Assembly (NCBI GenBank): GCA_017983435.1
Contig: JAGOBM010000003.1
Location: 4,786-68,785 of the forward strand
DNA length: 64,000 bases
From: Candidatus Moraniibacteriota bacterium
GTDB taxonomy: Bacteria; Patescibacteriota; Minisyncoccia; Moranbacterales; UBA1568
Direction: 5' to 3'
Part shown: piece after piece, positions 29,491 to 39,503 of the stretch
How the letters are laid out: every line of letters begins with the position of its first letter
Position numbering within the stretch: position 1 is the stretch's first letter
The notes under the pieces: model-generated
Told to the model about the DNA's origin: nothing
What the model saw: only the letters and a program-made list of their open reading frames with translations
Database searches by the model: none
Position numbers and translations under genes: made by a program

Positions 29491-30534
29491 TTAGCGGTGG
29501 ACCGAACCGGTGAGCTGATAGATCGGGGACAGGATAGCCAGCGCCAAAAAGATAACGACTGACGCGATGATAATCAGGAGCGCCGGCTCAAGCACGACGG
29601 TAAAATTTTTCGCATTCCTATCCACTTCTTCATCCAGGAAATCCCCAAGGTAGAGGAATGTCTCGCTCAATCGCCCGGACTGCTCGCCGGCAAAAATCAT
29701 CTTCGTCACCACGGAGGGAGCAAGCGAGGCATAGCGGCCCGACAGTTCCGCTGACAGTGTCCTCCCCTCGAGAGAGGACGTATGGAGTCCTCGGGCCATA
29801 TCGGCAAATACCCAGTTCTGTGCGGCTCGCTCTTCTACCAGCAGCGCCTGGGATATCGACAGCCCGCTCCCAAGCATCACACCCATATCCCGGAAAAATT
29901 GCGCCAGATAGAGACTCCGAAGAAAGGCTCCCACCACCGGCAGACGGAGCAGGACCCGATGCCAGTACGGACGGATTATCGGAAGCAGCGTCACTCCGCG
30001 AAAAACAACTGCTAGAATACCTATCATCAAGAGCGCTATGACACCGTATTCCTTCATCAAAAGCGAGAACGCGAGCAATATCCGTGTCGAGAGCGGAAGC
30101 AGCATATCGAAAGACGCGAAGAGCTTCATCAGTTTCGGCAATACAAAAACACTGATCAGCCCGGTCAGCGTCACCGAAGTCGCCAGTACGATCGCCGGAT
30201 AGAGGAGTACGCTCTGTATCTTCTTTTTCAGCTGATAGGTTTTTTCCAATTGCAACGCAAGGAATTCCAGATTCTTCGACAGCGCCCCTGAACGTTCGCC
30301 TATTCCGACCAGACTGACGAAGAGATGACTGAAGACCTTCGGATGCCGTTCCAAGGCATACGCAAGCGGCTGCCCATTCTCGATATCCTCGATGACCGTC
30401 TCGATCACGCGCCGCATCGAAGAGAATTGCGACTGCTCAGCAATCGAGACCAGCGCCTCGCGCAAAGGCACACCGCTTTTCAGCAGCACCGAAAGCTCCC
30501 GGGTAAACAGCAGTTTTTCCACGTTCTGTATCAT
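29491..30534 (-). CDS. pilC: type IV pilus platform protein PilC (T2SS F family)
   Basis: Two T2SSF-type repeats, 347 aa, 3 or more TM helices; immediately downstream of pilB. Confidence 0.8.
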   Translation of the reverse strand: MIQNVEKLLFTRELSVLLKSGVPLREALVSIAEQSQFSSMRRVIETVIEDIENGQPLAYALERHPKVFSHLFVSLVGIGERSGALSKNLEFLALQLEKTYQLKKKIQSVLLYPAIVLATSVTLTGLISVFVLPKLMKLFASFDMLLPLSTRILLAFSLLMKEYGVIALLMIGILAVVFRGVTLLPIIRPYWHRVLLRLPVVGAFLRSLYLAQFFRDMGVMLGSGLSISQALLVEERAAQNWVFADMARGLHTSSLEGRTLSAELSGRYASLAPSVVTKMIFAGEQSGRLSETFLYLGDFLDEEVDRNAKNFTVVLEPALLIIIASVVIFLALAILSPIYQLTGSVHR

Positions 30535-30572
30535 ACAAAAGTATCACCGACAAACCATCTCTCGCCCGCTGC

Positions 30573-32273
30573 CTATTCCCGGGACACACGGAAGATCTCT
30601 TCTATCGTCGTCATGCCATTCTTGACCTTGAGCAAACCATCATCGAGGAGCGTCGTCATACCCGCTCGGCGCGCGATCGTCTCTATGTCTCCGGCATCCT
30701 TCCGTTCCAGAATAGCGTGGCGCAACGCGTCATCAAGCACCAGCACCTCAAACACGCCGGTCCGCCCCTGCAGTCCGGTGCCGTGGCATGCCGGACAGCC
30801 CTTGCCATGATACATACGCACTTTCGCATCAGGAGCCAGCTCGCCGAATACCCGCTTCACGCTCTCCGCACCGACCCGATCGATCAGCTCTTGGACCGGG
30901 ACTTCCTGACTGACACGACAGGCCTCATGGATTTTCCTGACCAAGCGTTCCGCGATGATCGCATTGACCGTCGAAGCGATCAGAAACGGTTCGGCGCCCA
31001 TATCGACCAGCCGAGGAATCGCCGTCGCGGCGTTGTTGGTATGCAGGGTCGACAGGACGAGGTGCCCCGTCATCGCGAGATTGATGGCGATACCAGCCGT
31101 CTCGGTATCCCGGATTTCTCCGACCAGGATGATATTCGGATCCTGCCGGAGTATACTCCTCAATCCCGTCGCAAATGTCAGATTGGCGTGCGGATTCACC
31201 TGGATCTGATTGACTCCTTCGACATCGTACTCGACCGGATCCTCGATCGTCATGATATTCACATTCCGACGATTGAGCAGCTTGAGGAAAGAGTAGAGCG
31301 TCGTCGTCTTGCCGCAGCCGGTCGGCCCGGTCACAAGCACCATGCCATATGGCTTCTGATACGCTTCCTGTATCTTCATCAGATCCGCCGTTCCGATACC
31401 GAGATTGCTGAGCGAAAATTGCCTCGAACGATCCGAGAGGAGACGCAGCACGAGTTTCTCGCCGTTCGTAATCGGGATGATCGAGACGCGGATGTCGATC
31501 TGCTCACCATCGATATCCGTCTGCAGCTTGCCGTCCTGGGGCGCCTGATGTTCATCCGTCCGCAGCTGTGCCAGGACCTTGATACGGGAGACGATCTGGG
31601 GATGCAACGCTGCCGGCAGCTTCGCGATATCATGCAGGATGCCATCGATACGGAAACGGATAAGCGCATCATGATCACGCGGCTCCAAATGGATATCCGA
31701 GGCTTTGTTCCGATAAGCATACCCGAACAAAGCGTCTACCACCCGTATGATCGGCGGATCGATAGGCGTACCGAGGCCCTGCTGAGCGGTCTCAAGATTT
31801 TCCTTGAGAATATCTCCGAACGCTTCGGTCGCATTCTTCCGATAGCGATTGAGCGCTTCGCTGATATCGCGTTCCGTCGCATAGTGCCTCCGTACCACTA
31901 TGCCGGTCTTCCGCTCGAGGAAATTGAAAAATTCGATATCTGTCGGATCAGCCGTCGCCAACGCGATACCCTCCGTGTCCACAGAAAACACGATCGCCTG
32001 ATGCCGCTGCGCGACCAGCTCAGAGATCTGCTGCAAGACATCTTCGGGAATCGCCTTCTCTCGCAGGTTGACGAACGGGATACTGAAATACTCCGCCAAC
32101 AATTTGCCTATCTCCTCATCGGACAGGAAATTGTGCCACAAAATCGCGCTCCGGAGCGTCGTCTCCTCAAGGTTGGCTCGCTCCTCGGCCAGCTTGAGCT
32201 GATCTTCGGACAACAACCCATAGTCGAGCAACATTTTCCGTAATGCCTCTGACGCGATGATATCTGATTGCAT
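30573..32273 (-). CDS. pilB: type IV pilus assembly ATPase PilB (GspE family)
   Basis: Walker A VTGPTGCGKTTT, GEIRD, tetracysteine CPACHGTG; 566 aa. Confidence 0.9.
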   Translation of the reverse strand: MQSDIIASEALRKMLLDYGLLSEDQLKLAEERANLEETTLRSAILWHNFLSDEEIGKLLAEYFSIPFVNLREKAIPEDVLQQISELVAQRHQAIVFSVDTEGIALATADPTDIEFFNFLERKTGIVVRRHYATERDISEALNRYRKNATEAFGDILKENLETAQQGLGTPIDPPIIRVVDALFGYAYRNKASDIHLEPRDHDALIRFRIDGILHDIAKLPAALHPQIVSRIKVLAQLRTDEHQAPQDGKLQTDIDGEQIDIRVSIIPITNGEKLVLRLLSDRSRQFSLSNLGIGTADLMKIQEAYQKPYGMVLVTGPTGCGKTTTLYSFLKLLNRRNVNIMTIEDPVEYDVEGVNQIQVNPHANLTFATGLRSILRQDPNIILVGEIRDTETAGIAINLAMTGHLVLSTLHTNNAATAIPRLVDMGAEPFLIASTVNAIIAERLVRKIHEACRVSQEVPVQELIDRVGAESVKRVFGELAPDAKVRMYHGKGCPACHGTGLQGRTGVFEVLVLDDALRHAILERKDAGDIETIARRAGMTTLLDDGLLKVKNGMTTIEEIFRVSRE

Positions 32274-32420
32274 AGGAGTGATACGACTGATAACTTCAAA
32301 TACGATCGAGCTTTTCTTACTTAGAATTTACCATAGAACGACTGCTCCGACCATGCTCAAAAAGATGGAAAATCACGCCCTGAAAAAAGCGTGATCGGAA
32401 AACTCATATTTCTCTCCCTG

Positions 32421-33647
32421 TTATTCGTACCGCAGCGCCTCGATCGGATTGAGCTTCGCCGCGCGATGCGCCGGATAATAGCCGAATACGATGCCGATAG
32501 CGGCCGAGACCGCAAAGGCCAGTATCACGGAACCCGATGAGACACTCGCGGCCAACCCATACGCATTCGCCCCGACGGATACCAGCCAGCCGAGCAGGAT
32601 GCCGATGGCTCCGCCGGTAAACGTCAGCACGATAGCTTCGAAAAGGAATTGCTTGCGGATATCGCCACCCTGGGCCCCGATAGCCTTGCGCAGACCGATC
32701 TCCCGGGTACGCTCCGTCACGGTGGTCAGCATCATATTCATGATGCCGATGCCGCCGACGATGAGCGAGATGCCTGCCACCGCGCCGAGCAGCATGGTAA
32801 ACGTACTCGTGACCGATGAGGCAGTCGAGACGATATCTGCCTGGTTCATGATGGAAAAATCAGCCTTTGCCGCATCGGTGATGCCGTGCGCCGCAAGCAG
32901 CGCTGTCTTCACCTCAGATGAAGCGGTATTCATATCAGCATCGCTCTTTACCTGGATATTGATAGATGAGAGATACTCATTGCCGGTAAAGAACTGCTGT
33001 GCGGTCGAAAGAGGAACGTAGATCACATCATCCGAACTGCCGAAACCGGTGCCTCCGCGAGCCACCGTCACGCCGATGACCGTGAAGTCAGTGCTGCCGA
33101 TACGGATTTTCTTGCCGACCGGACTGGCGGCATTCTCGCCAAACAACGCCGTCACGACATCCGGACCGAGTACCGCGACTTTCGACATCTGCTTCGACTG
33201 CATGGCGCTGATAAAAACGCCATCCGCTATATTCACGTTGCGCACCGCCGCATAGGTCTCGGTCACGCCCGTCACGCTCGTATTCGTATTGTTTCCCTCC
33301 GCCGTCACCTGCCTGCTGCGGGCTGAGACTTCCGGAGCGATTGATCCGATAGCCGAGACGTCCGCGGCCAGCGTTTCCAAGTCACCGAGCACGAGCGATT
33401 GTGCCGATCCCTGCGCTCCCACGACCGGCGATCCCGGCCCCCGGTCAGCCCCCGGGCGCACCATGAGTAGATTCGATCCGATAGCCTGGATGCTCGACTG
33501 GATGGAGCTCTGCGCTCCGCGGCCGATCGACACCATAATGATGACCGAAGCGATACCGATGACGATGCCGAGCACGGTCAATCCGGACCGCGATTTGTTC
33601 ACGGTCACGGCGGTATATATTTCCTGTGCGAGATCGGAAGCAAGCAT
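32421..33647 (-). CDS. ABC transporter permease, FtsX/MacB family
   Basis: N-terminal TM, large periplasmic domain, C-terminal FtsX-like 3-TM bundle. Confidence 0.8.
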   Translation of the reverse strand: MLASDLAQEIYTAVTVNKSRSGLTVLGIVIGIASVIIMVSIGRGAQSSIQSSIQAIGSNLLMVRPGADRGPGSPVVGAQGSAQSLVLGDLETLAADVSAIGSIAPEVSARSRQVTAEGNNTNTSVTGVTETYAAVRNVNIADGVFISAMQSKQMSKVAVLGPDVVTALFGENAASPVGKKIRIGSTDFTVIGVTVARGGTGFGSSDDVIYVPLSTAQQFFTGNEYLSSINIQVKSDADMNTASSEVKTALLAAHGITDAAKADFSIMNQADIVSTASSVTSTFTMLLGAVAGISLIVGGIGIMNMMLTTVTERTREIGLRKAIGAQGGDIRKQFLFEAIVLTFTGGAIGILLGWLVSVGANAYGLAASVSSGSVILAFAVSAAIGIVFGYYPAHRAAKLNPIEALRYE

Positions 33648-33663
33648 AGCAGTATGCGAAAAA

Positions 33664-34359
33664 TTAGACGGCCTGGCGGTTATTCCGGGTATCGTTCACC
33701 AAGAGACCGTCACGGATCAGAAGGGTACGGTCAGCATGGGCGGCCACTTCCGCTTCATGGGTGATGAGGATGATCGTATGGCCGTGTTCCCGGTTGAGCT
33801 TCTCAAAAGTCTCAAGCACATGCTCGCCCGTCTTGGTATCGAGATTGCCGGTCGGCTCGTCGGCGAGAATCAGCGACGGATTATTGACGAGAGCCCGCGC
33901 GATAGCGACCCGCTGCATCTGACCGCCCGACAGCTGATTCGACTGATGCGTCCAGCGTTCTTCGTCGAGTCCGACCGCCCGCAAAGCCGCTTCTACCCGC
34001 TTCTTTCGTTCCTCAAGAGGGGTTTCCTGATAGATGAGCGGCAGCGTGACATTGCGGATGACGCTCGTACGCGGCAGGAGGTTGAATGACTGAAAGACGA
34101 AGCCGATCTTATCGCGGCGGATCCGAGCCAGCTCATCATCGGCCAATGCCGACATATCCTGGCCATCGAGCAGATATTGCCCGCCGGTCGGACTGTCGAG
34201 CGCCCCGAGTATATGCATGAGCGTCGATTTTCCCGATCCGCTCGGCCCCATGATCGAGACGAACTCTCCGTCGGCGATATCGAAAGAGACGCCTTTGAGC
34301 ACTTCCGTGTCGCCGCCTTCGTTATGATAGGTTTTTCTGATATTCCGACAGCTGATCAT
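33664..34359 (-). CDS. ABC transporter ATP-binding protein (MacB/LolD-like)
   Basis: Walker [25 protein letters not shown], Walker [12 protein letters not shown]. Confidence 0.9.
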   Translation of the reverse strand: MISCRNIRKTYHNEGGDTEVLKGVSFDIADGEFVSIMGPSGSGKSTLMHILGALDSPTGGQYLLDGQDMSALADDELARIRRDKIGFVFQSFNLLPRTSVIRNVTLPLIYQETPLEERKKRVEAALRAVGLDEERWTHQSNQLSGGQMQRVAIARALVNNPSLILADEPTGNLDTKTGEHVLETFEKLNREHGHTIILITHEAEVAAHADRTLLIRDGLLVNDTRNNRQAV

Positions 34360-34376
34360 AGAGGTATATCCGATAT

Positions 34377-35498
34377 CTATCGGCGATTGCTTCCGGTGCC
34401 TCGAAAGAGCGAGCTCAGGATTCCAGTGCTTTGTGTCGCCGTCGTTTTCGTCGCGGACACGGACGGCAGGATTACACTCTCACCTTCTGAGAGCCCGCTG
34501 GTGATTTCCGTCATAGCATCATCCGTCAGTCCCGTCTTCACTCCCTCCACCGTCGAGACGCTCGTATCTTTTCCGGTCTTCTTCACCGTTGTCCTCCCTT
34601 CTTTGACCGTCAAAGCGGCATTCGGTACCAACACCACATCCTCGCGTTCCGCTACGACGATCTCCGCACTGACACTCATACCTGGCTTAAGCGAGGCATG
34701 CTGCTGATCCAACTCGATTTCCGCCTCATACGAGACGACATTTGAGCTGATCGTGCCGATAGTGGCGATTTTCGAGATCTTTCCAGATACTTCCATCTCC
34801 GGCAGCGCATCCAGTGTCAGCACCGTACGCGCTCCCTCGGTCACTTTGGCCGCATCCACCTCATTGAGCGTGATGACGACTTTCATATCGCTCGTGATCA
34901 CCGAAGCGATCACCGTCTCACGAGACACCGAGTCGCCCGCTTCGACATCGAGGCCGGTCACGATACCGTCGAATGGCGCCCGGATAGAATAATCCGCCAA
35001 TTTTTCCCGAGCCTCAGCCAACGCGATACGACGCTGCTTCACCGATATCTCCTGTGTCTGACGATTCCAGCGATCTTCTTTGGTCTCCCGATCGTACTGA
35101 TCATCCGTCTGCTTCTGCTTGAGCAAGGCACTCTCAAGATCGAGCTCCGCGCTCGCGATATCGCGCACCGCATCGCCGGTATCGAGCGTCGCGATGACCT
35201 GATTCTTCTTGACCGCTTGATTGTTCTTGACCCAGACCGATACGACGTCGATACCATCACCGGCAATGACCGGCTGAAGATCGACCTGCGAGACCGCTTC
35301 GATCTGGCCGCTGCCCGACACGGCAATCCGGAGATCTCCCCGTTCAACCCGAACCGTCTTCACGATCGCCGTCGCATCCGTATCGCCCGAACTGCCACCG
35401 AAATACCAGACAACGGCGCCACCGATCACCAGGGCGACGACGAGTACCTTCTTGTGCCGATCTGCCCACATCATGAGATCTTTCATACAACTCTGCAT
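34377..35498 (-). CDS. HlyD/MacA-family periplasmic adaptor
   Basis: N-terminal TM, coiled-coil hairpin and barrel domains. Confidence 0.75.
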   Translation of the reverse strand: MQSCMKDLMMWADRHKKVLVVALVIGGAVVWYFGGSSGDTDATAIVKTVRVERGDLRIAVSGSGQIEAVSQVDLQPVIAGDGIDVVSVWVKNNQAVKKNQVIATLDTGDAVRDIASAELDLESALLKQKQTDDQYDRETKEDRWNRQTQEISVKQRRIALAEAREKLADYSIRAPFDGIVTGLDVEAGDSVSRETVIASVITSDMKVVITLNEVDAAKVTEGARTVLTLDALPEMEVSGKISKIATIGTISSNVVSYEAEIELDQQHASLKPGMSVSAEIVVAEREDVVLVPNAALTVKEGRTTVKKTGKDTSVSTVEGVKTGLTDDAMTEITSGLSEGESVILPSVSATKTTATQSTGILSSLFRGTGSNRR

Positions 35499-35522
35499 CT
35501 CTGCTTATAAATATACGGCGCT

Positions 35523-36020
35523 CTACCGATCCGGTCCGAAAGGAAAACGCCTATCATCGCCATCCATGCGCGGCTCCAGCACGCGGACGAAATCCGCTAC
35601 GACGGCGCCATCATCACCCGGCTTACCGACCACGGCAATCTTTTCGCCCGCAACCAGCTGACTGACCTCGATCCGCTCACGCTGCTTCATGATGACCGTC
35701 TCTCCGCTGATCCGCACTGTCGATTCCTGGTTTTCCCAGTCTTTCATCAGCAGCGTATCTCCCGATACGGACACGACTTCACCGAGAGCGCCATGCGGAT
35801 TACGAAAGCCTTGTCCGTCCGGGATACCCATGCCCCGCATCGGGCCCTGCCCACCCATGAAACGCTGCTCATATTTCTCTCCCCAGGCATAGGAGAAGCG
35901 CGCCTTATGCAGGCCGACCGCCACCCCGGAAGCGAAGCTGACCAGAGCGACGAGGAGCACTCCCACCACGATGACTCCGGTCCGAAACGTCTTCGACTGC
36001 GTGTATTCTTGAATATTCAT
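35523..36020 (-). CDS. hypothetical membrane-anchored protein
   Basis: N-terminal TM; no family recognised. Confidence 0.4.
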   Translation of the reverse strand: MNIQEYTQSKTFRTGVIVVGVLLVALVSFASGVAVGLHKARFSYAWGEKYEQRFMGGQGPMRGMGIPDGQGFRNPHGALGEVVSVSGDTLLMKDWENQESTVRISGETVIMKQRERIEVSQLVAGEKIAVVGKPGDDGAVVADFVRVLEPRMDGDDRRFPFGPDR

Positions 36021-36034
36021 AATAATATGTGCGA

Positions 36035-36454
36035 TTAGGCGATTACGAGAGATGACTGCTGAAAATGGTAACGCTTCTCAACTGAAGCGTGCATACCGAT
36101 CGATACCAGGAGGAGAAAAATCGGCGCCAGGAAGAGAGCAAGCGGCCATGCCGGAAACGTCTCCAAGAAAAACCAGAGGAGATTGCTGCCAGAAGCGGAG
36201 AGCCATGCTACGTCCGACAGGAAGACCGAGAGCAGCTGCACGAATTCCGACCCAAGCAGAGCGGATCCCGCGAAGAAGATTCCCGAAAGGGCCAGTACGA
36301 ACGAAAGGGCCAGCCTGGCATATGACCAGACGAGCGCCCGGCGCGCCTCCTGCTGTCGCAGCTCTGCGAGACGAGCCAACACCTTCCCCTCAAGTCCTGA
36401 TGGCATATCAGGCTCTGGAAGCTGCTTATAGAGTGATGTGAGTGGCTGTGGCAT
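36035..36454 (-). CDS. putative anti-sigma factor (membrane protein downstream of the ECF sigma)
   Basis: Multi-TM protein directly downstream of and overlapping the ECF sigma ORF. Start placed at MPQPLTSL; assignment is by position only. Confidence 0.4.
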   Translation of the reverse strand: MPQPLTSLYKQLPEPDMPSGLEGKVLARLAELRQQEARRALVWSYARLALSFVLALSGIFFAGSALLGSEFVQLLSVFLSDVAWLSASGSNLLWFFLETFPAWPLALFLAPIFLLLVSIGMHASVEKRYHFQQSSLVIA

Positions 36455-36494
36455 AGAGATATTGTGAGTACGATAGTATCGACGATTCCGACGC

Positions 36495-37073
36495 TCATTC
36501 GGAAGAAAATGCTTTCTTAAGCGATAGTATTGCTCGTCCATGCCGGCTCTTGATCGTATTGTACGGCTCATCGAGTATCTCCGCGATCTCACTCAGTGAA
36601 AAATCCTCCCGATAGCGCAGCTCGAGTATCCGGCGAAAATCCTCCGGCAGACCGGCGAGCTTCTCCCCGAGGAGATGGGCCGTATCCTCCCGGATCAGGA
36701 GCTCATCCGCGAGCGGCTCTTCATCCGCGATCCGATCCGCCCATGACTCCCGACTGTCGTCCTCATCGGCTTCCGCAAAGGCAGAAAATAGCAATGCCTT
36801 CTTTTTCTTCAGCGCGTCGTAGGCGGTATTTTTGGCAATGGCGAATATCCATGTCTTGAAACTTCTCGAGGTATCGAAGCCATCCAGATGCTTCCAGGCC
36901 TTGATACAAGTCTCCTGGGTCACGTCTTCCGCCATCGGCACATCATGCGTGATCGAGAGCGCAAAAGCATACACGGGTCGGATATACCGTAAAATCAGGC
37001 CCTCAAAAGCCTGGTCATCGCCCGATCGACTGGCCCGTATCAGTGCCGATTCGCTCTGTATCATAGTATTCAT
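36495..37073 (-). CDS. RNA polymerase ECF-type sigma factor (sigma-70 family)
   Basis: Region 2 (DVTQETCIKAWK) and region 4 (LSEIAEILDEPYNTIKSRHGRA). Confidence 0.85.
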   Translation of the reverse strand: MNTMIQSESALIRASRSGDDQAFEGLILRYIRPVYAFALSITHDVPMAEDVTQETCIKAWKHLDGFDTSRSFKTWIFAIAKNTAYDALKKKKALLFSAFAEADEDDSRESWADRIADEEPLADELLIREDTAHLLGEKLAGLPEDFRRILELRYREDFSLSEIAEILDEPYNTIKSRHGRAILSLKKAFSSE

Positions 37074-37167
37074 GCCGCACGGATACTCTTCTGGAAATCA
37101 CACTACAAAACCGGATCCGATAAGATCTTCCCTCTTGTATACGAACTCACCCCAGAACGCGACTCAC

Positions 37168-37968
37168 TCATACGCGAATTTTTTGCGAAAAATCAGGATC
37201 ATCCCCGTACTCACGCGCCCGATCGTTGATCAAATGCTTTTTCCGTAACTGCCTGAAAGGGAGCGACTGGTCGAGCAAACCGATCGAATAGGCCAATTCA
37301 TCCGCCAAAGTGGCTATGAGCAGCTTATAGCTCCACGGAATCCGTTTGGGAGCAATCGCATTCGCATGCGCGACAATATTTGTCAGACAGGTATTCGTAA
37401 ACGGATTGTAGAATTCCGGCTCTTGCTGTAGGCGCTGCGCCCGCTTCAGCATATCCACCAACAAAGCCTGCGCCTGGGAAGGTGTCGCCTGGACCGGATA
37501 GAGATAGACCGTATCCTGGCGATAATTCGTCCGGAGCCGAATCAAGTCCCGCTCATCACCGATGACATAGACCAGCTCATGCCGGCGCAAAAAAAACAGC
37601 ACCGCCAGCTGAGAAAAAACCTGCCCGACCGTCTTGCGTATCTCAACAGAAATCGCGATATAGGTGCCATCAGAAAGCCCAAAACTGACGAGCGTATGAG
37701 CTGCCACGACCGAGAATGGCTCGACCATGAACCAGACCGTCTGGATATCCGACACCGCAAACGTCCGGTCATAGTAGCCCGGCGTATAATCAGTCACACT
37801 CCGGTACGTGAAATTCCGGATAGAACGTATAGTCACGGTACCATCACTCCCAAACGTAATCTCGGGTAACCGAACCAAATCTGGCGACCAGTTCCGATCA
37901 TTGGTTGGCCGGCGAAAAACCAACACTCGCAAAAGGGCGCGACCGAACCAGCGTGCATGATCCAACAT
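37168..37968 (-). CDS. hypothetical protein (DUF4105-like?)
   Basis: 266 aa; weak recollection-based resemblance only. Confidence 0.3.
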   Translation of the reverse strand: MLDHARWFGRALLRVLVFRRPTNDRNWSPDLVRLPEITFGSDGTVTIRSIRNFTYRSVTDYTPGYYDRTFAVSDIQTVWFMVEPFSVVAAHTLVSFGLSDGTYIAISVEIRKTVGQVFSQLAVLFFLRRHELVYVIGDERDLIRLRTNYRQDTVYLYPVQATPSQAQALLVDMLKRAQRLQQEPEFYNPFTNTCLTNIVAHANAIAPKRIPWSYKLLIATLADELAYSIGLLDQSLPFRQLRKKHLINDRAREYGDDPDFSQKIRV

Positions 37969-38032
37969 ATTTGAGACGTTTCAACGATACACTCCTCTTC
38001 GTACCTATCATACCATCCCACACGACACACAA

Positions 38033-38060
38033 ATAAAGAGGCTTATCTTAGCCTCTTTAT
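38033..38060. terminator. terminator hairpin AAAGAGGCT-TATCT-TAGCCTCTTT
   Basis: Perfect 9-bp stem flanked by A/T runs. Confidence 0.55.
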
Positions 38061-38175
38061 ACTGCCATAGGGAAGGCAAGCCGCGTACCAGCAGAAGACT
38101 ATCAACTGTCCGAGAAGACCCAAGAAAAAACGGCCGCTCTCATTGAGAGACGGCCGTCTGCTTTGCGGTCAGGCT

Positions 38176-38526
38176 TCACGCGGAAGCCGGACACACCCTA
38201 CTCGCTTGATTCCGGTATTCAGCGTAGGCTTTCGGAATATCCGAGAAGTGCTGCCGCTGAGCGAACAAGGATTCCCAAAACGGCATATCCGTATACTGGG
38301 CGAGATCGAGAAATATGACTCCTGATTTCGCCGGATGGAAGAACCAATGGCGGAAACGGCCTGAGACTGACAGGTCTCCGCCCTCCCATTCGCAGAGATA
38401 CCGATTGGAGGACTCACCACGACTAACATGGACGTCTTCCGCTTTTGGATCAGCATTCGGAAAGGCTTTCTGGATCGCTACAGCAAAGGCTTGCCGTGCG
38501 AGCTCTTCGAGCTTTGCGCTTTTCAT
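38176..38526 (-). CDS. hypothetical protein
   Basis: 116-aa ORF in a coding-dense context; no family recognised. Confidence 0.4.
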   Translation of the reverse strand: MKSAKLEELARQAFAVAIQKAFPNADPKAEDVHVSRGESSNRYLCEWEGGDLSVSGRFRHWFFHPAKSGVIFLDLAQYTDMPFWESLFAQRQHFSDIPKAYAEYRNQASRVCPASA

Positions 38527-38641
38527 GCTTGAAACTCCTCTATTTGTACTAAAGAACGGTTACGGTACTACAAATATATATGGTAGCACAAAAATAGAAT
38601 ATAGTCAATACTCCACTCCTGAGCACCTGTGCTATGATAGC

Positions 38642-39442
38642 CTTATTCAAGCCTTGAATCAAGAATCTATGCCCACCACCAAACCCATGCCTGTCCTCTT
38701 CATCGGTCACGGATCACCGGACAACGCTTTTGAAGACAATGATTTCACCCGGGAATGGCGCCGCCTCGCGATAACCCTTCCCAAACCCAAGGCCATCCTC
38801 GCGATTTCAGCTCATTGGGTGACCGAAGGAGCGACGCTCGTGACCGGCATGGCGCAACCGGAGACTATCCATGATTTCTACGGCTTCCCTGAGTCTTATT
38901 CCGCGTTCCGCTATCCGGCTCCAGGCGCTCCGGAGTTCGCCGCACGGATCAGAGAGCGCATCACGACCGTTCCGGTACGGCTCGATGATTCTTGGGGACT
39001 CGACCATGGCACCTGGTCGATCCTGACGCATCTCTATCCGCAGGCCGACGTCCCCGTCATCCAAATGAGTATCGACTCTCGCCTCTCCGCACAAGAGCAC
39101 TGGCTGCTCGGCCAGGAAATCAGTGTGCTCCGCGATGAAGGCGTCCTCATACTCGGCAGCGGCAATATCGTCCATCACCTCGGTATGATCCGCTGGGGCG
39201 GCGAGCCATACGAGTGGGCTACGGAGTTCGATGCGACCGTCAGACAGACACTCCGCCATCAAGACGCTCCGGCATTGATACGCTATCCGGAACTCAAGCA
39301 TGCTAGCCTAGCCATACCGACGAGCGAGCACTATCTGCCGCTGCTCTACATCATCGGCGCCTCACGCGGCGAGACTCCTCAGTTCTTCAACGAATCCATC
39401 TTCGCCTCGTCTATCTCCATGACCGGAGTTGTCTTCGGTTAA
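38642..39442 (+). CDS. class III extradiol ring-cleavage dioxygenase (YgiD/4,5-DOPA dioxygenase-like, LigB family)
   Basis: PVLFIGHGSP N-terminus, ISAHW, HDFYGFP, GSGNIVHHL. Start set at MPTTKP within the longer ORF. Confidence 0.75.
   Translation, partial: LIQALNQESMPTTKPMPVLFIGHGSPDNAFEDNDFTREWRRLAITLPKPKAILAISAHWVTEGATLVTGMAQPETIHDFYGFPESYSAFRYPAPGAPEFAARIRERITTVPVRLDDSWGLDHGTWSILTHLYPQADVPVIQMSIDSRLSAQEHWLLGQEISVLRDEGVLILGSGNIVHHLGMIRWGGEPYEWATEFDATVRQTLRHQDAPALIRYPELKHASLAIPTSEHYLPLLYIIGASRGETPQFFNESIFASSISMTGVVFG
39361..39442. repeat. about 80-bp direct repeat, copy 1 (3' end of the dioxygenase gene)
   Basis: About 85% identical to 40665-40746. Confidence 0.7.
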
Positions 39443-39503
39443 TCAATCAAGGCGACCAATAAAAAGAGGTCCGCAAGGACCTCTTTTTATAATACTCTTC
39501 TGA

